Origin: a bacterium
GTDB taxonomy: Bacteria > RBG-13-61-14 > DATKZS01
Assembly (NCBI GenBank): GCA_963674965.2
Contig: CAXXFL010000006.1
Coordinates: 928,001 to 992,000, forward strand
Direction of reading: 5' to 3'
Length of the DNA: 64,000 nt
Within the stretch, counting starts at the first letter, position 1. Each line of letters opens with the position of its first letter. Positions 9,276-18,766 of this stretch are shown here, piece by piece. The position numbers and the translations under genes were made by a program. The notes under the pieces are model-generated. The model made no database searches. It saw only the letters and a list, made by a program, of their open reading frames with translations, and was not told the DNA's origin.

Positions 9276-9742
9276 GGCCTCACCTCGGAGAAGTCCACCG
9301 ACTCGTCCACGTATTCCTCAAGCTCGAGGTCCACCTCGGCTCGCTGGGGAAGCAAATTGTCCCGGTCGAACATATGGAAGTACCTGGCGTTCACCCGCCG
9401 AACCACGCAGAGCAAGCCCGGGTACAGGTCGCCGAACATGAATATCACTCGGTGGGGAGCGTTCCTAAGCATGGTCCCCGCGTGCTCGGGATATAGAAGA
9501 GAGCGGAGCCACTCGACGTTCTCCTTTACCGACTGCTTGAAAAAGGCCAGTTTGAAGCTAAGCCTTCGCGGCTCGCCCGCCACGTACTGGTAGCGGGGAT
9601 GACTCATGCCCGGTATCTTGATGGCGGCGTAGGCCGTGCTTTTGTCGTCGCCGATGTCGTTGGGATTGTATTGGAAAGCGAGGTAGTCCCCTGTGTCCAC
9701 ATCTACCAGGTAAGCGGCGGTCTCTTTTTTGTAATCAACCAT
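9272..9742 (-). CDS. Tail tube initiator (CIS tube protein-like)
   Basis: FQYNPNDI, YQYVAGEPRRLSF and LPQRAEVDLELEE motifs; follows the tape measure gene. Confidence 0.75.
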   Translation of the reverse strand: MVDYKKETAAYLVDVDTGDYLAFQYNPNDIGDDKSTAYAAIKIPGMSHPRYQYVAGEPRRLSFKLAFFKQSVKENVEWLRSLLYPEHAGTMLRNAPHRVIFMFGDLYPGLLCVVRRVNARYFHMFDRDNLLPQRAEVDLELEEYVDESVDFSEVRP

Positions 9743-9749
9743 AGGGGCC

Positions 9750-12700
9750 TCACAGCGTTTCGTAATTCCTGATCTTGCGCTCGCGGATGTCCTTGTAAAC
9801 GGACCTGGCGATCTCCCGCCCGTCGAGCCTGGTTGTCACCTGGAGGTCGATGGGCCGATCGGCCATGGCGTCGAGTTTGGCCAGGATCGCTTCCAGGACG
9901 GATGCGACGTTATCGGGTGAAGAGCCGGTAGGTCCTTCTGACGACAGCCCAAGTTTGCCTCTTGTCTCAGCGAGAAGTTGGGACTGCCTGCCCGTGAGAG
10001 GAAGCTGTTCGATCCGCTCGTTTTTTCCGGCCACGACAGACTCTCGGGAGTAGGTCTCCGGAACAGACCCCGATATTATCGGAGTAAGAGCCAGGGTTCC
10101 CGCCACCAAGGATGGAAGGGCCGCGCTCATTACAGGCTTTCCAATGACCTCGGTTGTCTTCTCGATTACCTGGACCGGGATTTGGAAAATTTTGTTAATC
10201 CCGGCTTCCATCGATTTGATCGCTTCGCTAACCTTGCCGAGAGTGAAACGAGGCTCAAGTCCGATTTCAGGGGTCGCGGGCTTAAGCGATTTGGGGCTGG
10301 CGAAACCAATGCTGGCGGTAAGGTTTTCAAAGGGAGCTTTAATCCAGCTTCCCGCTTTTCCCGCCATGGATTTTATATTGTCCCAACCCGAATTGGCGGC
10401 TCCGGCCACCCTCTGCCAGGCAGCGTTCGCGACATTGCCCAACAGCTTGAACGGGGAGGAAACCGTCTCCAGTACCTGCGTCCCCATGCTTCCAATCTTC
10501 CCCCATATCGATGACCCGCCATCGAGCATTTTAGTGAAAGCCGACTTAAGAATATTTCCCGGAAGCGAAACCGCCCCGGACATCCCCTGGGCCAGGGTCT
10601 TTAATACAGATGCGCCCGAGTCCGTAAGCGTGGAAAGCGGTCCGATTTCAGCGTCTGAAAAAGGAAGCAGCTTTCGAAGTCCAGACAGCGCGTTCCTGAG
10701 CGCGGTGACGGGATAGGCGGCCGCCGCCAGGATGCCCTGGGCCAGGGTAATCATCATGCGCCTTCCGGCCTCCATGAAGGTCGAGTGTCCCGACAAAAAG
10801 TCACGCGCCACCCCGATCATGCCGGCGAGCGTTCGCAATATGGGAAGATTCATGAAAGCCGCCATCACGGTCTCGGCCGCCCGCCTTAAGAAATCCTCCA
10901 TCGCGCTGAAAAGACCCTTGATGAATCCCCAGATACCCGCGATCACGTCCCTCGCCCACTGAAATGGAGTGGTAAGGAAATCGAACGCCGCCCGTCCCAT
11001 ACGGCGAAGGCCGTCGGTCACGGAAACGTCTCCGGAGAGTACTCTCCAAAGAGTGAAAGCGGCGTTGGCCGCCAACTTAAACGTCTGAATCATAAGTCGA
11101 AGCGGCGGAGAGAATTTGTACGCGAACCGGGCGGCGGCTATGAACGATCCGACGATGGTCTTTCCCAGCCAGACCACGGCCTTCACCACCAGGGTTACGA
11201 CCTTGATAAGGAACACGAGTTGGTTGATGAGGTACTTGAGAATGAAGGCCCCGACTTTAGCGCCTATGCTGATTAACGATCCCAGGGCCTCCCCCAGAAT
11301 CCGATATATGGAAGCGTCGGCCGACAGCCCGGCCAGTCCGAAAATCTCCACCACCGAGAAGATGGCCTTGTATAGCTCTCCATAGGCCCCCATAAGCGAG
11401 CGAACGGCTGGTCCGAGTATGGCTGCAATCTTGCCGAAGGCTTGGGCAAAAGCCTGGTAAAGCCCGGCCAGGAACTGGCGCACCCGGTAGTAAACCTTGA
11501 ACACCGTGGTCACGATGCCCATGAGCCCGGCCGCCTCGAGCTTTTCGGCCAGGTCCGCCGACATCTGCCCGGTCCCGTCCTTGAGCGAGGAGAGCAATGT
11601 CCTTACCCCCTCGAAGACGAGCTTTACCTTGTTCCAGGCTCCAAGGACAGTTTCCCTGATTCCCGCGAAGTTGGTCTCCCAGGCCCGCTTGAGTAGGTAC
11701 ACGGCCAGGATCACTCCCCCGATGATGGCCGCGGCAGGAAGCAGGTAGGTCGCCAGGGCCGCTCCTATTCCCGAGAGCGCCGCCCCCATGGCCAGAACTC
11801 CAGCTTTGATGACCGGGACAATCACGCCGATGGTCCCGACGGCGGCGATGACTCCCCCTACCACGACCAGCGCCGCGCCCAAGGCCATGGTCAAAGTGAG
11901 AACCGCTCGAGTGACGCCCGGCATGGACTTGGCCAGCTTCTGGAAGAACAGAATCACCTTGGATACTCCCTGAATGATCGGAGAGACCACCGGGAGCAGG
12001 GTCCGGCCAAGGATTTCGAAGAGATTGCCAAGCTGCTGCTTCACAAGAACCACCTGGGCCCCGATGTCCATGTTCATGGCCCGGGCCATCTCCTCGGTCA
12101 CGGCGGTCCCGCTTTTCATGGCCTTCTCGATTGACTGGATGTTCCCCTCGAGCGCTCCCATGCCCTGAGACATCTGGAGGAGGAACTTGACCGCTTCGTC
12201 CGAACCGAACGCCTTCTTGAGTTCGACCTGGGCCGCCGCCTGGGAAAGATCGGGGAATTTCGTTTTGATCTCTTCCAGGATCGGAATGATTCCCTTGAGC
12301 CTGCCCGTCGAGTCGATAAAAGAGAGTCCCAACTCGTCCCCGGCCTCGGCGGCTTTCATGATGAAAGCTTTGTACAAGGTGCCCGCCTCGGACCCCGGCA
12401 TTGTAGTCTGCAGCTGGCCCAGTATGGCGAGTTGCTCCTGGAGGGGTATGTTGGCTGAGGCCGCCACCGCGCCGATGTTCTTGATGGCGTCGGCCATCTG
12501 AGCGCCGGTTGTCTTGAAGGACGCCACGGTCTGGGCCATTGCTCCGGCGAAAGCCTTGGACCACTCCATGTCCGAATACTCGGTCATGATTGGCTTGAAG
12601 ATCCCATAGGCCGTGGTAAAAGTCCCCACCATCTCGTCAGTGGTCGCCTTGGTGGCTTTGGCCGTGAGCGCGGCCATGGATGTGAAAGCGCCCACCGCCT

Positions 12701-13091
12701 CGTCACTCAACGACGACAGAGCGGAGCGAACGTCGTAGGCCGCCGAGATGAACTGCGCCTTGTTGGAGCCGGACCACTGATTGGTGAAGCTTTCCGCCGC
12801 GTCCTCGAGCGCCCTCAAGTCCTTGACTCCAAGCGAGGCGAGTTCTCCAAGCGCCTTCTGAGTCGCGGTGGTGGAGGCGATCAGGGCGGCGGGAACGGCC
12901 ATCAGAGTTAGCCCGGCCCCGATCATCATGGTCCCCTTCTGAATGCGGTCGAGGTTCCTGGTCATCCGTTCGCTCGACGCCGCCACCGCTCCGTCGAGAG
13001 AGAGCATGGACGACTGGATGCGGGCAGCGTTCCGGGAGAACGCGTCCTTCATCGAGACAACCACGCCAAGACCGAGATCGCCGCCAATCAT
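9750..13091 (-). CDS. Tail tape measure protein
   Basis: 1113 aa, Ala/Gly-rich and helical, TP901-like core (GSEAGTLYKA), hydrophobic segments, AWETNFAGIRE motif. Confidence 0.92.
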   Translation of the reverse strand: MIGGDLGLGVVVSMKDAFSRNAARIQSSMLSLDGAVAASSERMTRNLDRIQKGTMMIGAGLTLMAVPAALIASTTATQKALGELASLGVKDLRALEDAAESFTNQWSGSNKAQFISAAYDVRSALSSLSDEAVGAFTSMAALTAKATKATTDEMVGTFTTAYGIFKPIMTEYSDMEWSKAFAGAMAQTVASFKTTGAQMADAIKNIGAVAASANIPLQEQLAILGQLQTTMPGSEAGTLYKAFIMKAAEAGDELGLSFIDSTGRLKGIIPILEEIKTKFPDLSQAAAQVELKKAFGSDEAVKFLLQMSQGMGALEGNIQSIEKAMKSGTAVTEEMARAMNMDIGAQVVLVKQQLGNLFEILGRTLLPVVSPIIQGVSKVILFFQKLAKSMPGVTRAVLTLTMALGAALVVVGGVIAAVGTIGVIVPVIKAGVLAMGAALSGIGAALATYLLPAAAIIGGVILAVYLLKRAWETNFAGIRETVLGAWNKVKLVFEGVRTLLSSLKDGTGQMSADLAEKLEAAGLMGIVTTVFKVYYRVRQFLAGLYQAFAQAFGKIAAILGPAVRSLMGAYGELYKAIFSVVEIFGLAGLSADASIYRILGEALGSLISIGAKVGAFILKYLINQLVFLIKVVTLVVKAVVWLGKTIVGSFIAAARFAYKFSPPLRLMIQTFKLAANAAFTLWRVLSGDVSVTDGLRRMGRAAFDFLTTPFQWARDVIAGIWGFIKGLFSAMEDFLRRAAETVMAAFMNLPILRTLAGMIGVARDFLSGHSTFMEAGRRMMITLAQGILAAAAYPVTALRNALSGLRKLLPFSDAEIGPLSTLTDSGASVLKTLAQGMSGAVSLPGNILKSAFTKMLDGGSSIWGKIGSMGTQVLETVSSPFKLLGNVANAAWQRVAGAANSGWDNIKSMAGKAGSWIKAPFENLTASIGFASPKSLKPATPEIGLEPRFTLGKVSEAIKSMEAGINKIFQIPVQVIEKTTEVIGKPVMSAALPSLVAGTLALTPIISGSVPETYSRESVVAGKNERIEQLPLTGRQSQLLAETRGKLGLSSEGPTGSSPDNVASVLEAILAKLDAMADRPIDLQVTTRLDGREIARSVYKDIRERKIRNYETL

Positions 13092-13264
13092 CTGTTACGC
13101 TCCAACTGTTCCTTTTCAAAAGCGAGCTGCCGCTCCAGGGCTTCGACAAACTCCCGTCTTACCCGAAGCGGCAGCGAAGTGATTTCGGAGTATCCCCAGT
13201 GAAGTCCTCCGTAAGCCAGGAAAAAGGCGTCCCTTACGAGAGAACTCCTGGGAACAAAAAACCC
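13088..13264 (-). CDS. -1 frameshift extension of the tail assembly chaperone (lambda gpGT-like)
   Basis: The -1 frame from the G GGT TTT heptamer gives GFFVPRSSLVRDAFFLAYGGLHWGYSEITSLPLRVRREFV...; its stop overlaps the tape measure start. Confidence 0.75.
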   Translation of the reverse strand, partial: GFFVPRSSLVRDAFFLAYGGLHWGYSEITSLPLRVRREFVEALERQLAFEKEQLERNR

Positions 13265-13911
13265 GGTTCGGCCTCCAGGCGGGTCCGGATACGCGCTCCG
13301 CAACTTTCGCAATCCACGTCCACGACCGTATCGATTCCCGCGTCCACCCGCGCCATCTCCTGGCGGAGCGCGCTCCGGTCCCGGAGGGCCATCTCCGACA
13401 TAACCTTCCTTGTGGGAGGCTTGCCGTCGATTTCGATGATCCTCATCAACATGGCCGAGGTGATTGTGGGCTCCTTTAGCGAGGCCAGCCTCTTTTCCAT
13501 GTTGCCGTCCAGATGAGTGAACTTGACCTTCTTGCCCGCGCCCGGCAGCTTGAAGGCGAACTCCCGATCCTTGCCGTAAGGTGTGACCTTCAACTCGTCC
13601 AGGTTCACGCTGATGAGGTTGGTCTCGCGGCATGCCGCGTTCGGACAGACCAGTTCCAGATCGACTTCGTTGCCCAGGGAGATGTCCCTCAGCTTTACCA
13701 GGATGAAGAGTCGGTCGCCGGACAGGAGATCGAGAACATCCTTCGAGCCAGGCTTCGAGTTTTCTCCCAGACGAAGCACGCAGTTCTTTAGAACCTGATT
13801 AACGGCGTCGCCCGTGCGGATCAGCCGCTGGTTAGTGAGAAGTTCCTCCTCGGCTCCGGTCATCTCCTTGAGATCGGCCTCGATGCCGCTCGGCAGTTTA
13901 AAGGTGTGCAT
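13234..13911 (-). CDS. Tail assembly chaperone
   Basis: Between tube and tape measure genes; KEMTGAEEELL, LLSGDR and two Cys pairs (CPNAAC, CESCG); slippery site near the 3' end. Confidence 0.8.
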   Translation of the reverse strand: MHTFKLPSGIEADLKEMTGAEEELLTNQRLIRTGDAVNQVLKNCVLRLGENSKPGSKDVLDLLSGDRLFILVKLRDISLGNEVDLELVCPNAACRETNLISVNLDELKVTPYGKDREFAFKLPGAGKKVKFTHLDGNMEKRLASLKEPTITSAMLMRIIEIDGKPPTRKVMSEMALRDRSALRQEMARVDAGIDTVVDVDCESCGARIRTRLEAEPGFLFPGVLS

Positions 13912-13925
13912 GTTTCTCCCTCCGA

Positions 13926-14387
13926 TCAGGTCCAGTACTGGTAGCAGATGGTGAGCTTCTCGATGGTGTTCTCGGTGTTCGCTCCCTCGAGTTCGTCATA
14001 TTCCAGGACCTTGATCCAGACCCCGTGCAGGGTCCAGCGGCGGGTCTCTTCGCCGGTCCGGTCGTAACGGACCACTTCGATGTCGCGCATGTAGTCGTTG
14101 GGAAGGCCGCCGGTCACCGCGTTTACGTCCACCTGCTTCTTGATCCAGTCCCTCGCCGCCTCGTCCGAGCCGTCCTGCAGGATTCCCTTCTCCAGGGTGA
14201 TGTCCTCGAACTTGACCCGGCCAGCCACCTTCTGATCGAACATCGAACCACCGGGAGCAAAGGCCACTTCCTCGAACTCGGTTTTCGGCTCCTGGCCCTT
14301 CTTGAACAGAGCCACGTCGAACCCGTTGACCTCAATGGCGAACTGCCAGTTCTGGTACAGGCTCTTGGGCATGTTTCCGCTGCGCAT
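13926..14387 (-). CDS. Tail tube protein (T4 gp19-like)
   Basis: KVAGRVKFEDITLEKG, RRWTLHGVW and IEKLTI motifs; AGGAGG RBS before ATG 14387. Confidence 0.9.
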   Translation of the reverse strand: MRSGNMPKSLYQNWQFAIEVNGFDVALFKKGQEPKTEFEEVAFAPGGSMFDQKVAGRVKFEDITLEKGILQDGSDEAARDWIKKQVDVNAVTGGLPNDYMRDIEVVRYDRTGEETRRWTLHGVWIKVLEYDELEGANTENTIEKLTICYQYWT

Positions 14388-14399
14388 TTTCAAGCCTCC

Positions 14400-16259
14400 T
14401 TATGAAGTGGTGAAGATTTCCTTGAAGTCCGCCCCGGTGGTGGTGAGCACGAAGTTTAGCTCGATGAACTCGGCCGTCTTGGTGGGCTTCACGAAAACGC
14501 GGGCCACCATCTCGTTGCGGTCGATCACCGCCGGGGTATTGGTCTCCTCGTCGCACTGGACCGCGAAGTCGTATAGTCCTCCCTTGTCCTTGACGTCCTG
14601 GAGGAAGGGATTGATGAGCCGAATCAGGGCCCGCCAGGTCTGGGCGTTGTTCGGCTCGAACACCACGAACCGGGCGGACTCGGCGATGGCTTCCTCCATG
14701 TAAATCATCAGCCGCCGGACGTTGACCCGGTCCAGGGCCGAGGGCTGGCTTTGCAGGGTCTTCTGGCCCCAGACGTTGATCCCGCTGTCCGGAAACACGG
14801 CGATCACGTTCACGCCCTCGGGGTAGAGCACGTCCCGCTCTCCCCGGCTGGTCTTGTAGCTCACGGACAAGGCGTTGAACACGCGGCCCCGGTCGATTCC
14901 CGCCGGCGCGTACCAGACGTGGGTCTTCTCGTCGCTTCGGGCGAAGCAGCCCGCCACCGCTCCCGTGGGCGGCACCAGCTTCTTCCTTCCCGAAATGGGG
15001 TCCATGATCTCGAGCCAGGGGTAATAAAGCGCGGCGTAGGACGAGTTGAAGGCCGCGTGATTGTACATGCCCTGGCCCTTGCGGAAATCAACCGCCTCGA
15101 GGGGCTCCAGCAAGATGGGGACCTCGGCCAGGTAGATGAGGTCCTTGCGGTTCTCCGCGTAGGTGACGCCGCCGTTGATCACCGTCGCGGTGGTGACGCC
15201 GGGGACCATGAGGATGTTCAAGGCGTCAATCTCGTCAAAGGCGTAAAGGCCGGTGCGCTGTGAAGGGTCGCCGGTGAAATCGACGTCGCCAAGGCCGGTT
15301 AGGCCATCGTCGCCTCCGATGAGACAGTACATTCCCGACTCCGGCCGGTCAGAGGGGATTCCCGAGGCCGGACCCAGGTCATCAACGGCCACATAGTCCG
15401 ACTTCTCGTTGATCAATAGCTCGACGTGGTTCGGGGAGTTCTCGTCCATGGAGAGGTCCTTGAAAACCTCGACCACCCGGTTCTTGTAGCGGACGATCAA
15501 ATTGAAGGCGTTGTCCGGATCGAGCGTGCCGTCCTCGATTACCACAGCCAGGTCCAACCCCCAGGTCCCCTCGTCAATGGCGCTTATTGAAAGCGCGTCC
15601 TGGCCGTCCGCCCCGTTGGCGAGGTTGGCCGAGGGGGCCGGCTGCACCACGCCGCCGTCGGAGGTGGATACCTCAACAAGCGCCGAGGCCTCGGCGTGTT
15701 GGTTCACGGCGGCCACGACCTGGTCGGCGGTGCTGAGCGGGTTTCCCGAGGCGTCCGTCTCAAGATGGACGTTGATCGTTTGTCCCAACACCTCGATGGA
15801 ACATTCGGCGTTGAGTATTGGGAAAGCCGCCTGCTCGACCCTGATGTTGTTCCCGTCCGCCCCTGGTTGTCTCGCGCGCCAGTTAATCTGGTCCTCTCCC
15901 TGTGTGCCGGTCAGCAGGAAGGCGGCGGCCGCCGTCCTGTCCCTTAACGTAACGCCGGCCTTGGAAGCGGCGAGACTTTCGCGGTCGGTGGGATCAGTGA
16001 GGTGGGCGATCCGGTTCACGTAAAGGACCCTCCCGCCGTTGTCGAAAAAGGCCCGAGCCGCGTAGGCCAGGTACCCCGCCTGAATGTAGGAGCCGAACTT
16101 GTTAACGAACTGCTCCCAGCTGGTGACCAGCGCCGGCTTGTTGATCGGGCCCCGCTCGGCCACGCCGACCATGCCGCAGGAAGAGGTCGATATCTGCTTC
16201 ACGTAATAACTGAAGTCGGTCTCGCGAGTGAAAATGCCCGGTGAAAGATAGGTCCCCAT
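14400..16259 (-). CDS. Contractile tail sheath protein
   Basis: YLSPGIF, AFFDNGG, YAALYYPW, VWYAPAG, VNVRRL, VFEPN and KPTKTAEFI motifs. Confidence 0.96.
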   Translation of the reverse strand: MGTYLSPGIFTRETDFSYYVKQISTSSCGMVGVAERGPINKPALVTSWEQFVNKFGSYIQAGYLAYAARAFFDNGGRVLYVNRIAHLTDPTDRESLAASKAGVTLRDRTAAAAFLLTGTQGEDQINWRARQPGADGNNIRVEQAAFPILNAECSIEVLGQTINVHLETDASGNPLSTADQVVAAVNQHAEASALVEVSTSDGGVVQPAPSANLANGADGQDALSISAIDEGTWGLDLAVVIEDGTLDPDNAFNLIVRYKNRVVEVFKDLSMDENSPNHVELLINEKSDYVAVDDLGPASGIPSDRPESGMYCLIGGDDGLTGLGDVDFTGDPSQRTGLYAFDEIDALNILMVPGVTTATVINGGVTYAENRKDLIYLAEVPILLEPLEAVDFRKGQGMYNHAAFNSSYAALYYPWLEIMDPISGRKKLVPPTGAVAGCFARSDEKTHVWYAPAGIDRGRVFNALSVSYKTSRGERDVLYPEGVNVIAVFPDSGINVWGQKTLQSQPSALDRVNVRRLMIYMEEAIAESARFVVFEPNNAQTWRALIRLINPFLQDVKDKGGLYDFAVQCDEETNTPAVIDRNEMVARVFVKPTKTAEFIELNFVLTTTGADFKEIFTTS

Positions 16260-16262
16260 TGG

Positions 16263-16517
16263 CTAGCTCCTTTTTTTCCTGGTCTTCTTCGGCTTGGCTT
16301 TATTCGCCCCGGCCGCTTGTTCAATCGCCCCGGAGGCGTCCTCGACCGCCTCGCGCTTGATGGAAATAAAACCGCGCTTCTCGGCCGCCTCCATCTCCGG
16401 GGACAGGTATTCCCGGCCCAGCTTCCTGACCTCTCGCGGTTTCAAATGCAGTCCCCCGCCGTCGCCGGCCAGGTGCAGGGTCAACGGCTGAAACATAAGG
16501 TTCTTGATCTCGATCAT
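16263..16517 (-). CDS. Small hypothetical virion protein
   Basis: 84-aa ORF with AGGAGG RBS upstream of the sheath gene. Confidence 0.6.
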   Translation of the reverse strand: MIEIKNLMFQPLTLHLAGDGGGLHLKPREVRKLGREYLSPEMEAAEKRGFISIKREAVEDASGAIEQAAGANKAKPKKTRKKRS

Positions 16518-16534
16518 TCAATTTCCTCCTTTTC

Positions 16535-17083
16535 TCAAGGCTTATAGGTAAAGTCCTCGTCAACTCCGTCGCGGAACTGGAAAATCAGGTCCTTGACCAG
16601 CTTCCCGTCCCGGACGAGGCCGTCGTATACCGGGCAATCCTCGATCCGGCATCGCCCGGAACTCTGTCTCAGGTTGGAAAGATTCACTCTTTTTAGCCCG
16701 CCCAGGGGGACCATTTCGGTTACGTTCAAAAAGCCTTCGTCCTCCACCTCCAGGACGGGATGCAACTGATAAAACCGGGCAACCTTCTCCTGGTATTCCA
16801 GAAGGCCCAACTCATGACCGGCGGTAACGATCAGGTCGAAATCGAGGTGATAGAGCCTCGGGTGTCTGCACTCCTCATAAGTCAGGCCGGGGATGTCCTT
16901 TTCCACCAGCTTGACCTGGGACCTGCGGTCCCCGTTCTCCGTCAGGGTCGGGCCCTGCAATACGACGCTCGGGACGTTGGGCACCTCGAAAACGTCATCC
17001 GAGAAGACCAGGACGGCGTCCTCCTCTATCTCGGCCTTGACCAGGCGAATGAAGCTTTCCACGACCAGCCGGATGCTTTCCAT
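16535..17083 (-). CDS. Tail terminator / neck protein (putative)
   Basis: Position between head completion genes and sheath; PRLYHLDFDLIV resembles terminator proteins. Confidence 0.55.
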   Translation of the reverse strand: MESIRLVVESFIRLVKAEIEEDAVLVFSDDVFEVPNVPSVVLQGPTLTENGDRRSQVKLVEKDIPGLTYEECRHPRLYHLDFDLIVTAGHELGLLEYQEKVARFYQLHPVLEVEDEGFLNVTEMVPLGGLKRVNLSNLRQSSGRCRIEDCPVYDGLVRDGKLVKDLIFQFRDGVDEDFTYKP

Positions 17084-17092
17084 TTCAATCCT

Positions 17093-17578
17093 CTACAAGG
17101 CCGAACGGATGGCCCGCCGGTAGTTCTCGATCACCTCTTCCCGGTATTTTTCCATCACCGGATGCAGAAAAGGCCTGGGAGGGATCACCATCACCGCTCC
17201 GTTCGGGTGGTTGATGGTGGCTCCGTACTCCATGACCGCGCCGATGTTGACCATGTCCTCGCCATCCTTATTCACCGTTCCCCGCAGTAGTCCCACGAAG
17301 GCCCGGTCGGACATGATGCGCTGGGTAATGGCGTTCACCAGGAAGCCCGTGTCGATCAGCGCCTTGCTCGATCCCTTTTTCAGGATTGTGCTCGGAGCAA
17401 GCTCCGCGAACTGCTGTCCGCCCGGGGCCTGGCTTTTGATGCCCCGCTTTATCTCTCGGACCAACAGGATCGCGTTCTTGATGGTGGCTTGGCGCAAGGC
17501 CAGGGCCAGGCGAGCGCCGGGATTGCTCGCCAGCTTCGCCTTGGCCTTTTCCCAATCGCCGAATCTCTTAACTCCCAT
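17093..17578 (-). CDS. Virion morphogenesis / tail completion protein
   Basis: LAPSTILKKGSSKALIDTGFL, MEYGATI and IPPRPFL motifs. Confidence 0.82.
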   Translation of the reverse strand: MGVKRFGDWEKAKAKLASNPGARLALALRQATIKNAILLVREIKRGIKSQAPGGQQFAELAPSTILKKGSSKALIDTGFLVNAITQRIMSDRAFVGLLRGTVNKDGEDMVNIGAVMEYGATINHPNGAVMVIPPRPFLHPVMEKYREEVIENYRRAIRSAL

Positions 17579-17930
17579 GCAGCCTCACCAGTTTGATCAC
17601 CTTATGGGTGACGACGCCGAAGCAGCGCTCCTCTTCTATGGCCTGGACCCTGAAAGTGTCGTCGCCAAGCTGAAAGCGATCCTCGGTGCGGACATCCAAC
17701 TCCGGCAATACGCATGCCGTGGCGTCGATCTTGTTGGCCAGGTCCTCGGGTGGGGTCTCGATAAGCTCCATTGGAAACGTCTCTATCTCCGAGTACGAGG
17801 CGTCGTCGGAACCGAAGAGCCGCTCGCCGGGAACGCTCCGCCATAGAGTCGCCTCCAGCCCGGAAGCGAGGATCAGGTCCCTTACGTCCTCGGCCACCAG
17901 TTCCTTCTCCCGGTCAGACAAGAGGCTCAT
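17568..17930 (-). CDS. Head closure / adaptor protein (putative)
   Basis: Size and position in the head-tail joining module. Confidence 0.55.
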   Translation of the reverse strand: MSLLSDREKELVAEDVRDLILASGLEATLWRSVPGERLFGSDDASYSEIETFPMELIETPPEDLANKIDATACVLPELDVRTEDRFQLGDDTFRVQAIEEERCFGVVTHKVIKLVRLHGS

Positions 17931-18378
17931 TGTCCTTCCCCCGTTCATAAATCAAGGGCGAAAGTCCTTTCGGCGTAATGACGTAATCATCCGGGCTTAC
18001 CGTGGAACCGGGCTTGATCTCGCCGAGCCTAGCCTTGTAATAAGCCCTTAAGTCCTCCTCGAGTTGGGCCCAGTGCTCGGGCTGCTTGGTCTTGTCCACG
18101 CGCTTGTCCGCGCTCGAGAAGGAGAAAGCGTTGGCCGTGGCCGCCCTCATTGCCTGGCAGGCGTGTATGCGCCCCAAAAGAAGGAGCATCTCCAGGGTTT
18201 CGCCCTCCGGCTCAGGGGTTATCTCCCCGTTACTGATCGCCATCGAAACCTCGAGGTCCCGGGCCGCCTGATATACACCCTTGAGGATGCACCTCCCCAG
18301 GACCTCGTCCGTGAACAGCCCGGCGTCCGGATCGGAAAGGTCTTCGCGAAGACTAAGGATGAAATCACTCAGAGCCAC
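17914..18378 (-). CDS. Head-tail connector protein (putative)
   Basis: LREDLSD...LFTDEVL helical N-terminus; located after the capsid genes. Confidence 0.55.
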   Translation of the reverse strand: MALSDFILSLREDLSDPDAGLFTDEVLGRCILKGVYQAARDLEVSMAISNGEITPEPEGETLEMLLLLGRIHACQAMRAATANAFSFSSADKRVDKTKQPEHWAQLEEDLRAYYKARLGEIKPGSTVSPDDYVITPKGLSPLIYERGKDNEPLV

Positions 18379-18754
18379 CCTCAACCTCCGCTAATCTCTT
18401 CTTCAGCGCGTCCAATACCTTCCGCCGCTTCTCCTTTTCCAGGCCCGCTTTCAATTTGGCGAGGTCATTTTCCTCGCCGACCCTGGAGATGGCCTCGGTC
18501 GCTGAAAGACTGGTGAAGTCCATATCCTCTTCGTCGCCTTTCTCGTCCGCGCCCGGCGCGTCGGCCTCTTGGTCCTCGAACAGGGGAGCGGCGCTCTTCG
18601 CGGCCTCGACCTTTACCAGGAAGCCGCGCTTAAGGGCCGCTTCCGTCCCCCTTGTCAGGCCCATCACCTCCACCACCTCTCCGGGGGAAAGCCTAAGACC
18701 CGCGTCGGGGACCATCAGGATGCCCGGGCGCGCGTTCTTTAGTTTTCTGGACAT
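18365..18754 (-). CDS. Hypothetical protein following the capsid gene
   Basis: C-terminal EKEKRRKVLDALKKRL helix of a type common in post-capsid genes. Confidence 0.55.
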   Translation of the reverse strand: MSRKLKNARPGILMVPDAGLRLSPGEVVEVMGLTRGTEAALKRGFLVKVEAAKSAAPLFEDQEADAPGADEKGDEEDMDFTSLSATEAISRVGEENDLAKLKAGLEKEKRRKVLDALKKRLAEVEGGSE

Positions 18755-18766
18755 GGCCTCCCTCCC

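Noticed and set aside
1-17083. Stand-alone eCIS, tailocin or T6SS
   Set aside because: Capsid, portal, terminase, replication and integrase genes are contiguous with the tail genes, and there is no T6SS membrane complex.
17653-17661. Further AAAGTGTCG hits (also near 37632) and a lone CATACCGG at about 55405
   Set aside because: Only half of the bipartite motif is present at the required spacing, so they were not counted as copies.
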